From Minisyncoccota bacterium (GTDB taxonomy: Bacteria; Patescibacteriota; Minisyncoccia; UBA6257; 2-01-FULL-56-20): 64,000 nt of DNA. A program made the translations under genes and the position numbers. Positions within the stretch are counted from its first letter, which is position 1; the number at the start of each line of letters is the position of its first letter. The notes below the pieces were generated by a model. It searched no databases and was not told the origin of the DNA. It saw nothing but the letters and a program-made list of their open reading frames with translations. Below are positions 39,275-47,745 of the stretch, piece by piece. The stretch covers positions 16,932 to 80,931 of the forward strand of contig JBAYLC010000004.1 in the NCBI GenBank assembly GCA_041664245.1, in the 5' to 3' direction.

Positions 39275-39658
39275 CTATCTTTTGACTCCAGATTCCTGCG
39301 ACAAGGCATCGAACTCCCACTTCTCCAATAACTCATCAGCTACTATAACGCCTCCACTCGCCAATAATCTTAAATCCTTAAGAATATCAGCTGGTTTCAG
39401 TTGTTTAGCTTTAATTCTTTGGAGTAAGTCATCAATCGAGATTTCACAGTCTGGAATTACCAGTTCGTCATTGCCAACCTTACTCGCATCCGTCACTAAC
39501 TTATTCAGTCTGCGACGGGATTCAACCAGGTCCAGCTTCCCGTTGAACAATTCGAATAAAACTTTACCGAGATCGCTAATGTTGATTTTTTTGAGTCCGA
39601 TCAACACAACGATTCTCTGGATCAGATCCGTAAAGAAAACTTCTGGCATTTCTCTCAC
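39275..39658 (-). CDS. Hypothetical protein (127 aa, soluble)
   Basis: ORF with a terminator-like hairpin after its stop (GGAGUCC...GGGCUCC then UUUUAUUU on the minus strand). No recognisable motifs. Confidence 0.35.
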   Translation of the reverse strand: MREMPEVFFTDLIQRIVVLIGLKKINISDLGKVLFELFNGKLDLVESRRRLNKLVTDASKVGNDELVIPDCEISIDDLLQRIKAKQLKPADILKDLRLLASGGVIVADELLEKWEFDALSQESGVKR

Positions 39659-39850
39659 CTCCTTTCTAGTTGTTATGGCGGTTGTATAAATTTCTATTCT
39701 CAGGTTACCACTCTTTCTAAAGACGTCAAGAAATAGAACTTTTTTAAATTATAAAGTTACAAACTTAAGGTGTAGCATACTAGCCTACGAACACCAAAAA
39801 AATAGGAAGTGAAAAAACGATCAGAATAATAAAATTTCTATGTAACTGAT

Positions 39851-42052
39851 CTAAAGTCCAGTATACAAATAATCCCCGTAAATTTTTTTAGTCTTATCAT
39901 AAATAGCTTTCCTAAAATCAGCCGGGATTTTTTGGTCGTATGAAGTTGTTATCTCTCCGGAGTAGTGAACCAGAATATCCATGTATCGCAAGCACTTTTC
40001 TCTATTGTCGCCGTTGCTATAGCCCCTAAGCTTAGCATCAGTACCGGATTTTCTAATTTGAACAAACATGTTTTCAAAAGCCAAATATGTAGCATCTCCG
40101 GTAAAACGAACATCTTCTAGGCTAGAAAAATCAAGCTCTGGCATGGCTTCTCTGAAAATTTCCTTCGCGTCACCAACGGCTATGAGTCCTTCTTTAAGGG
40201 CTAAAACAACACCAAGATAATAAAGATCTATTTTATCCCGCTTAACTTCACCCTGCGCTTTTTCAGCAAGAAGTTTTACTGGATCTGGTTCGCTCTCGTT
40301 ATAGTAAGTTATATCCACCCGTTCGTAATAACGATAAACAATTCTGCATTCTTTAAATATTTCTTCTAAATAATCGGCCATTGTCTGTTTTTTTAAAAAG
40401 AGATGCGCCGCCAAAGCCGATGCAATAATTGAAGCCTCACCGGCACTTTTTTCTCTCATCACAATCGCCTTCCTTCCGCCGCGACTCTGAACTATATTTT
40501 CCGGACCGATAATCATACCTCCGCTTTCCTCGCCCGTAAAAATAATCCTAGGATCCACTCCTAAGTTTATTCCTTTTGTCCAAATATCATTTACAATCAC
40601 TTCCTTGTCCGGCTCTGAAAATAGCTTTTTCTCCGCCTTCTTTATTATTGTCGCAATCTCCTTAAACCCTACCGGCGTTGTCAAAATTTTAACTCCCTGC
40701 GCCCTTCCCCACTCATTCCAAGCCCGTGAGCATGGCGTCGTCACAATCATAAACCTCGGATGATCACTCCATCTTCCTGAGTTTTTAAGCTGCTTGGCAT
40801 AAAAATCCATCACCATTAAAAAAGAAAATGTGGGATGATAAAACGAAGCTATCCTTTTTTCATCGATCGGAATGCAGTAAACACCTAAACTTCTTAAATT
40901 TTCCGCATTTGAAGCCTCCTCAATCTGTCCCATTGTTAGCCGATCGCCATCAGGATCGGTAATAAGAAAAACATATCCAATCGGCTTTTCTTTTAAAAAA
41001 TAATCATAAGACATCGTCTCTTGTACTTCCGGCAAAGATGCATCACAAGAAAGATCAAAAAATTCCTCTTTCCCGGTTTTGGGATTAGCTTTCTTAGTTT
41101 TACCTACTCCGTGAAAAAATGGATCTTCTAATTGGTTGTTCCACTCAAACGCTTCAAAAATTCCAAAATATTTTAAAAGTGGCACCATTGTCCTATACAT
41201 ACAACCACCCACTGTTTCGAACATGAGCCTCATACCATTACTTGTCGCATTTTTTATAAGACTCAAATTCTCCTCAGATGCAATTCCTTGTCTTAGATAA
41301 TTAGCATATGCCTCTATACCATCAACGTCCTGAACTACAAATGAATTTGTTTTTGGTGAAAGAGTGATAATGTAACCTTCCGGTGATTCTTTCGCTACTT
41401 TAATAATTCCCTCAATCTTGTCTATAAAAGCCATCGACATCTCCGGCAGAAACTGACTCCCTTGATTATCAAGATCCTTTGTAGCCGTCTTGCCACTTAT
41501 GGCGTGGCTTGAAGTCACGAACTCCCCGCCGTCATAATCCATCATGAAAATTAAAAACGAGGTGAGCCAAATTGCCACAACTTGATTATCAGAAGTCTGA
41601 TGAGTGTAGATACCTTGCGCCGAGTGAATCCTCGAAATTAACTCTATGTACTGTTTGGTATTATATCTTACCTCCCCAGCCACCAATTTATTAATTTCCC
41701 GATCTTTAATTCTGTCTTTTAAAACTAGGCTCTTCCCTAGGGTCGCTAAAACTACGCCTATTTGATTCAACGGAAACCTTGAGTCCCACGGATATAAAAC
41801 ATTTTGAGGACCCCTAATACCGCCAGTTGAATGCATTGCTTCTTTTTTGTAATTCTCCAACCATCCTTCAAGATTATATTTCTCCACAAATTCTCTATTT
41901 ATAATCAGCTTAATTTCTCCCTCATCCCTAAGATTGAATATCGGATTTTTCTTAATCCACTCCGGCGTAGCTCCCTCCACTCTTTCGTAATATTCTTCTT
42001 TTAAAGCTTGTAGAAACCCCTCCCGATCTTCTTTACTCTTAAAAATTTTCAT
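39851..42052 (-). CDS. Alpha-D-phosphohexomutase superfamily protein (phosphoglucomutase/phosphomannomutase-like, unusually long at 733 aa)
   Basis: Phosphoserine loop FVTSSHAISGK, metal loop ITDPDGDRLTMG, sugar-binding loop FTGEESGGMIIG. Confidence 0.7.
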   Translation of the reverse strand: MKIFKSKEDREGFLQALKEEYYERVEGATPEWIKKNPIFNLRDEGEIKLIINREFVEKYNLEGWLENYKKEAMHSTGGIRGPQNVLYPWDSRFPLNQIGVVLATLGKSLVLKDRIKDREINKLVAGEVRYNTKQYIELISRIHSAQGIYTHQTSDNQVVAIWLTSFLIFMMDYDGGEFVTSSHAISGKTATKDLDNQGSQFLPEMSMAFIDKIEGIIKVAKESPEGYIITLSPKTNSFVVQDVDGIEAYANYLRQGIASEENLSLIKNATSNGMRLMFETVGGCMYRTMVPLLKYFGIFEAFEWNNQLEDPFFHGVGKTKKANPKTGKEEFFDLSCDASLPEVQETMSYDYFLKEKPIGYVFLITDPDGDRLTMGQIEEASNAENLRSLGVYCIPIDEKRIASFYHPTFSFLMVMDFYAKQLKNSGRWSDHPRFMIVTTPCSRAWNEWGRAQGVKILTTPVGFKEIATIIKKAEKKLFSEPDKEVIVNDIWTKGINLGVDPRIIFTGEESGGMIIGPENIVQSRGGRKAIVMREKSAGEASIIASALAAHLFLKKQTMADYLEEIFKECRIVYRYYERVDITYYNESEPDPVKLLAEKAQGEVKRDKIDLYYLGVVLALKEGLIAVGDAKEIFREAMPELDFSSLEDVRFTGDATYLAFENMFVQIRKSGTDAKLRGYSNGDNREKCLRYMDILVHYSGEITTSYDQKIPADFRKAIYDKTKKIYGDYLYTGL

Positions 42053-42123
42053 AGTGTTTTAATTTTAATTGATAAGTTTGTATTTTTCCAATATTTATAA
42101 GAAAATAAGAGGGTTAATCGGAT

Positions 42124-44250
42124 ATGGCTAAACAAAAAAGAAAGAAATTCGACGAAGAGGAAGAAACCGAAGACGAAGATAACGGCAATCGTTATCTCCA
42201 TCCCGACACCAAAAATAGCATCTGGGGCATCATTTTTTTTGCCCTCGCGGTAATTTTAATTCTCGCCGGCATCCACAAAGCCGGTTCAGCGGGCGAATCA
42301 ATTTTTAGTTTTTTCACCACCCTCTTCGGCTGGGGTTACTTTATCTTGCCGGTCAGCTTAATCCTTATTGCCGGTGTTTTCCTCCTCTCCCATCGAAAAA
42401 AAATGGCCTGGTTAACTTTCCTCGGCGCCGGACTTTTTGTTTTTTCTTTTTTGGGCTTGATAGAAATCTTTAAAACCGATAAAGGCGGCTGGCTCGGCAA
42501 AGCTTTTGGCTCCTTAAAGAATCCTTTTGGTGATGTTGCCGCCACCGTCATTAATATTGCTATCTTTCTTATCTCTATTCTTATTACTCTGAACCTGCCC
42601 CTAAAAATAAAATTGCCAAAGTGGGATAAAAAACAAAAAATCACCGGTGAAAATAAAAATGAAGAAGTTGATAAAGAAAAACCCGAAGAAGAGGCAGGCG
42701 ATGAAGAAGAGAATGAAGAGGAAGACGAACCCGAAGAAGAGCCAAAAGAAGAAAAAAATCTTATCAAAACCTTCGGCCTTTTTCCGCCTAAAACAAAAAA
42801 GACTGTCGCCAAAATTAAAAACTACGTTCCCCCGCCCCTTGATCTTCTTAGATCCTCTGCCGAAAAGCCAACCACCGGCGATCTTCGCGCCAACGCCAAC
42901 ATAATCAAACGCACCTTAGAAAGTTTCGGTATTATGGTTGAAATGGGTGAAATAAATATTGGCCCCAAGGTTACCCGCTACACCCTGAAACCCGCCGAAG
43001 GCATTAAACTCTCTCGAATCACCGCCCTAAACCAAGACCTCTCTCTTGCCCTTGCCACTCATCCGATTCGCATCGAAGCTCCAATCCCCGGCCGATCTTT
43101 AGTTGGTATCGAAGTTCCGAATAAAGCCGCCGCCTTAGTTCGATTGGGCAGTTTAATCATCTACCCCGAATTCCAGCAGGTCGGCCACCTCGGTTTTGCT
43201 CTCGGCCGCAATGTGAGCGGCGAACCAGTCTTTGCTTCAATTGAAAAAATGCCCCATCTTTTAGTTGCCGGTGCAACCGGTTCTGGCAAATCAATTATGA
43301 TCCATTCCATTATCGTTTCTCTTCTTTACCGCAACTCTCCTGCTACTCTAAAGATGATTTTAGTCGATCCCAAAAGAGTTGAGCTTTCCGTCTACGAAGG
43401 CCTGCCTCATCTCGCCACTCCCGTTATCACCGAAAACAAAAAAGCGATTAACGCTCTTCGCTGGGCTTTGGCCGAAATGGATCGCCGTTACGACATTCTT
43501 CTAAAAGCCGGCCGTCGAGACATTAAGGGTTACAACGAAACTAAACCCGAAGAACCGCTTCCCTATCTACTCATCGTTGTTGATGAACTTGCCGACTTGA
43601 TGACCACCTACGGCCGCGATGTCGAAGGCTACATCGTCCGTCTTGCTCAAATGGCGCGCGCTACCGGTATCCACTTAATTCTTTCTACTCAACGGCCCTC
43701 GGTTGAAGTCATCACCGGCTTAATCAAAGCCAACATCACCAGCCGCATCGCCCTCCAGGTCGCCAGCCAAATCGATTCTCGAACAATCCTCGATACTGCT
43801 GGCGCGGAAAAACTTCTAGGCGGCGGTGACTTATTATTCGTCTCATCTGAATTATCCAAACCAAAACGCATCCAAGGCGCTTACATTCCTGAAGAAGAAG
43901 TTACCAAAGTAGTGGAATTCATAAAAGAAAATAACCAGCCGGAGGAAAGCGAAGAAGAAATTAATCTAGAAAATAACAACCATTCTCTAAATCAAAAAGA
44001 TGTTCTAGACGGTTATAGCGAGGAAGGCAGCGATGATGAACTCTACCTTGAGGCCATCGAAGTAGTGCGAGAAGCCAAAAAAGCCTCCGCCTCTCTTCTT
44101 CAACGCCGGCTCAAGGTCGGCTACGCTCGCGCCGCTCGGCTTTTAGACTTAATGGAAGAAAACGGCGTTATTGGCCCCGGTGACGGCGCCAAGCCTAGAG
44201 ATGTTTATCTTGATGATAAAATCGGCGGAGATTTTCCAGGGTCAAATTAA
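42124..44250 (+). CDS. ftsK: DNA translocase FtsK/SpoIIIE
   Basis: N-terminal TM helices, acidic low-complexity linker, motor domain with Walker A GATGSGKS and Walker B LLIVVDELADL, C-terminal gamma winged-helix (LLQRRLKVGYARAARLLDLMEENGVIGP). Confidence 0.9.
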   Translation: MAKQKRKKFDEEEETEDEDNGNRYLHPDTKNSIWGIIFFALAVILILAGIHKAGSAGESIFSFFTTLFGWGYFILPVSLILIAGVFLLSHRKKMAWLTFLGAGLFVFSFLGLIEIFKTDKGGWLGKAFGSLKNPFGDVAATVINIAIFLISILITLNLPLKIKLPKWDKKQKITGENKNEEVDKEKPEEEAGDEEENEEEDEPEEEPKEEKNLIKTFGLFPPKTKKTVAKIKNYVPPPLDLLRSSAEKPTTGDLRANANIIKRTLESFGIMVEMGEINIGPKVTRYTLKPAEGIKLSRITALNQDLSLALATHPIRIEAPIPGRSLVGIEVPNKAAALVRLGSLIIYPEFQQVGHLGFALGRNVSGEPVFASIEKMPHLLVAGATGSGKSIMIHSIIVSLLYRNSPATLKMILVDPKRVELSVYEGLPHLATPVITENKKAINALRWALAEMDRRYDILLKAGRRDIKGYNETKPEEPLPYLLIVVDELADLMTTYGRDVEGYIVRLAQMARATGIHLILSTQRPSVEVITGLIKANITSRIALQVASQIDSRTILDTAGAEKLLGGGDLLFVSSELSKPKRIQGAYIPEEEVTKVVEFIKENNQPEESEEEINLENNNHSLNQKDVLDGYSEEGSDDELYLEAIEVVREAKKASASLLQRRLKVGYARAARLLDLMEENGVIGPGDGAKPRDVYLDDKIGGDFPGSN

Positions 44251-44273
44251 AAAAATATTTAGAATAGGAAAAA

Positions 44274-44987
44274 ATGGATTTTCAAATTTTCTTTGCCAAA
44301 AAACTAAAAGAGTCAGGGCTAACTCTTAAAAAACTCTCTGAACTCTCCGGCATCAGCCTTAAGCATCTCGAAAATATGAATTCGGGAAATTGGAACAATC
44401 TTCCGCCTGCTCCCTATCTCCGCGGCTATTTTTTAAAACTCGGGCAAATCCTAGAATTTAACGGCGAAGAACTCTGGGAATACTTTCAAAAAGAAACCGA
44501 AGTCTCCATCTCCGGCCCAAACGACACTTTACCAAAAAACCGATTCGTCAAAAAATCTTCTCTCAAAAAAATTTGGCTCGTCGTTATAGCGGTAATTATC
44601 TTAGGGTTTTTAGGTTATCGTCTTCCTAAAATTTTAGGCCGGCCGCAAGTCACCGTTTTTTCTCCGACCGATGAAACCACAATTATCACCAGCTCCACCT
44701 ACACTCTAAGCGGCAAAATTTTAAACGGCGACAAACTAACAATCTATCAAAACAGCGCCGATAACGGCGAAGTTGTCGGCTTGGCTAACGACGGCACCTG
44801 GCAAAAAGAAATTCTCCTTCAGCCCGGCCCCAATCAGATAAATATTATTGGCTCAAAATTCTTGGGCCGGCAAACCGAAGTTATTCGCCAGATTATCTTC
44901 GATGAACAAAAAGGAACTTCCAGTTTAAAAAATATCGATTCCCAATCATCTTCAACTATCACTTCTTCCACCCCCTCTTCAACTTAA
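44274..44987 (+). CDS. RodZ-like HTH membrane protein
   Basis: N-terminal HTH (LTLKKLSELSGISLKHLENMNSG), TM helix (IWLVVIAVIILGFLGY), Ser/Thr-rich C-terminus. Confidence 0.5.
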   Translation: MDFQIFFAKKLKESGLTLKKLSELSGISLKHLENMNSGNWNNLPPAPYLRGYFLKLGQILEFNGEELWEYFQKETEVSISGPNDTLPKNRFVKKSSLKKIWLVVIAVIILGFLGYRLPKILGRPQVTVFSPTDETTIITSSTYTLSGKILNGDKLTIYQNSADNGEVVGLANDGTWQKEILLQPGPNQINIIGSKFLGRQTEVIRQIIFDEQKGTSSLKNIDSQSSSTITSSTPSST

Positions 44988-45000
44988 AAAGTTATATCTA

Positions 45001-45037
45001 TTAAAATAAAAAGCCGGAAGTCCTTACAACCTCCGGC
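45001..45037 (-). terminator. Intrinsic terminator ending a minus-strand transcript from the 45.0-45.6 kb noncoding region
   Basis: Minus strand: GCCGGAGG-uuguaagga-CUUCCGGC (8 bp including one GU) followed by UUUUUAUUUUAA. No U-tract on the plus strand. Confidence 0.55.
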
Positions 45038-45591
45038 TCATCCTCCACCCTGGAGAGCGGTGAACTGTGCGAATCATCAACCATAAAACGTAAAGTTGCT
45101 CTCCATTATCCCCAAAAAGCCCTACGGTCCCGTAGTACCATCGCCCAAAGCTTTCCGCATCTTCATCCTCCCTCTCCCGGGTATCGTGGCCGATTCGGTT
45201 CTGCTGGATCAAATAATTTCTGCATCATCAACCTCCATCGGACGGTTGTAGTAAAATCAACCTCCGCCTATCAGGATCGCCAATGTCCACTTGACTACCC
45301 CCTGCATAAATATCGAGGCTGTTCATTTCTTCCGTAATTACCTCCCATAGGAAATTTAACCACGATTATTCACCAGAGAATTTTGTAATTCCCCGAAAAG
45401 TTCTCTCATGATCACCCCCTTCAATCGCTTTCAGTAAGGTCAAGCTCCCGGCAACAACCTAGTGGAATGATCACAATTACTCTCATTACCTTATCACCTC
45501 CTTTATAAGAACCTCACTTGCCAAAATCAAGTTACTACTTTCAAATTATCATAAATTTGCCCCAATTTCAAAACTTCCCTAAAATTAACCT

Positions 45592-46641
45592 ATGCCAAAA
45601 AAACAAGCTAAGGACGAAAAAAACCAAAATAAAAATCAACTCGAAGGGCTTCTCGCTTCGCTCCGCGAAAAATTCGGCGATGGCGCAGTTATGATGCTCG
45701 GCGACGCCAGAAAAGTAGACGTGGCCGTCATCCCCACCGGCTCCTTCTCTCTCGATATTGCTCTCGGTGTTGGCGGTCTCCCTCGCGGCCGGATTGTGGA
45801 AATATTCGGCCCCGAAGGCAGCGGCAAAACCACCCTTGCCCTTAACGTTGTTGCTCAAGCCCAAAAACAAGGCGGTAAAGCCGCCTTCATTGACGCCGAG
45901 CATGCTCTTGATCCCGAATACGCCTCCCGGCTCGGCGTAAAAATAAACGACCTCCTTATCTCTCAGCCAGATAACGGCGAGGAAGCGCTGAACATCTTAG
46001 ACTCTCTTGTCCGCTCTGATATGATTTCGGTAATTGTCGTTGATTCGGTGGCCGCTCTCACTCCCAAAGCCGAAATTGAAGGCGAAATGGGTGCCCAATT
46101 CATCGGTCTCCAGGCGCGGATGATGTCTCAAGCGCTCCGCAAATTAACCGCTATCTCTGCTAAATCCCAAACCCTAATTATTTTCATCAACCAAATCCGA
46201 ATGCAAATCGGCATGATGTTCGGCAATCCCGAAACCACTCCCGGCGGCCGAGCGCTTAAATTTTACGCTTCGGTTCGCATCGACGTTCGCCGCATCGCTC
46301 AAGTCAAAAAAGGCGAAGACATCGTCGGCTCGCGCGTAAAAGCCAAGGTGGTCAAAAACAAAGTCGCCGCACCGTTTAAACTGGCTGAATTTGATATTAT
46401 GTTTGGCACCGGCATTTCTTATGAAGCCGATGTTTTAAATGCCGCCATCAAACACGGCGTCGTCAAAAAATCCGGCGCCAGTTATAGTTTTGAAAATGAA
46501 CGACTCGGCACCGGCTTCGACAATATTCGCGAAAAACTAAAGGGTGATAAAAAACTCCTCAAAGAAATTGAGAAGAAAGTTGAATCCGTACTTAAAAATA
46601 AAATCATCATAGAAGAACCCGCCGCCGAAACCCCCGCCTAA
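45592..46641 (+). CDS. recA: Recombinase RecA
   Basis: [12 protein letters not shown] Walker [13 protein letters not shown]1/L2 loop context, C-terminal acidic tail. Confidence 0.95.
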   Translation: MPKKQAKDEKNQNKNQLEGLLASLREKFGDGAVMMLGDARKVDVAVIPTGSFSLDIALGVGGLPRGRIVEIFGPEGSGKTTLALNVVAQAQKQGGKAAFIDAEHALDPEYASRLGVKINDLLISQPDNGEEALNILDSLVRSDMISVIVVDSVAALTPKAEIEGEMGAQFIGLQARMMSQALRKLTAISAKSQTLIIFINQIRMQIGMMFGNPETTPGGRALKFYASVRIDVRRIAQVKKGEDIVGSRVKAKVVKNKVAAPFKLAEFDIMFGTGISYEADVLNAAIKHGVVKKSGASYSFENERLGTGFDNIREKLKGDKKLLKEIEKKVESVLKNKIIIEEPAAETPA

Positions 46642-46683
46642 TTAAAAGTCAGACTTTTTTTCGAATTATAATTCAACAAATAT

Positions 46684-47664
46684 TTAAAGTTTCGAAAGCG
46701 CCGCTCTTAAGCCTTCCTCCGACGTCGAAATAACAAAGTACTTACTATTAAACCAGCCATAAGTTAAACTTAAGCTCTGATTTTGAAACCGCAAAATTCG
46801 AGTTGGCTGACCGCTCTCCAAAACATCCCCAAAATTTCCGCTCGGCGAACCGGGATCATTCATAAATAAATAATTTAAATTTGGCGATTTCTCCAGTTTC
46901 GCTATTTCGGATTTCAAATACATCCAATTTTTGTCAGTCGCCAACTTGGCAATTATTCCCAGCCAAACGCCACTTTTGTTTTGGTAAGCGAACAAGGTAA
47001 AATCCGGTTCAAAATTAGTCGCCAAAAAATCTTCCGAGAGAATTTTTGAATTTGTTAAATAAAAAAATTCCGATATTGCTAAAGTTTGTCCTGGAATTTT
47101 TTCTAGATTGATCTCCAAAAAATCAGCGCTTTTATTTTGATTCGCGGCATCCTGAATCTTTGATTTTACTACACCGAAATCAGTCATTTTGGTTGGTGTA
47201 AAATCAACCGGAATCTTCACGATTTTAGCGCTGTTAATTTTTAAATATGAAATGTGATTGAACCTCGGCACCACTAAACTAGACGGCGTTACCGGAAGTG
47301 TTGGTGTTGTCGTTGAATTATCAACCACAACCGGCGGCGTTACCACTCCGTTATTTTGATCTTTAAATAAAATCGGATAGATAAACCAGCCCGCCGCTCC
47401 CACAAAAATTAAAGCCACTAATATAATCAGAAAAATTTTTAGTCCGTGGCTCTCTGGCTTATTCTCTTCTCTTATCAGCGGCGCCGCCTCCTGGCTCGGC
47501 GATTTTACATAAACTTTCTGCCCCTGAACAAAACCGCCGCCCGAAAGCGCCATTGCTTTTATATCCGAGCCCATTGTCCTAATAACCACCTCACTTGGCG
47601 GTGGTGCCACATAATCCCCCGCCACTTTATTATTTTGATTTTGTAATCCAGATACCTCTCCCAT
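46684..47664 (-). CDS. Single-pass membrane protein, unknown function
   Basis: 326 aa with one TM (IFLIILVALIFVGAAGWFIY) and a large extracytoplasmic C-terminal domain. Confidence 0.4.
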   Translation of the reverse strand: MGEVSGLQNQNNKVAGDYVAPPPSEVVIRTMGSDIKAMALSGGGFVQGQKVYVKSPSQEAAPLIREENKPESHGLKIFLIILVALIFVGAAGWFIYPILFKDQNNGVVTPPVVVDNSTTTPTLPVTPSSLVVPRFNHISYLKINSAKIVKIPVDFTPTKMTDFGVVKSKIQDAANQNKSADFLEINLEKIPGQTLAISEFFYLTNSKILSEDFLATNFEPDFTLFAYQNKSGVWLGIIAKLATDKNWMYLKSEIAKLEKSPNLNYLFMNDPGSPSGNFGDVLESGQPTRILRFQNQSLSLTYGWFNSKYFVISTSEEGLRAALSKL

Positions 47665-47745
47665 TTCCTAATTTTATCACGATAAACAAAAAGTGCCCAT
47701 CATCTTAGGCACTTCTTTATTTTCAAATTCTCTATTCTAAATTCT

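Noticed and set aside
42336-42904. Antisense ORFs inside the ftsK acidic linker (42336..42812 minus, 42647..42904 plus)
   Set aside because: Low-complexity GAA/GAG-rich coding sequence produces long open frames in other frames.
45024-45212. 62-aa ORF (minus) in the recA-upstream noncoding region
   Set aside because: It has no RBS, an odd composition (Trp/Arg/Gly-rich), and ends inside the terminator hairpin. The region is better explained as a structured RNA or leader.
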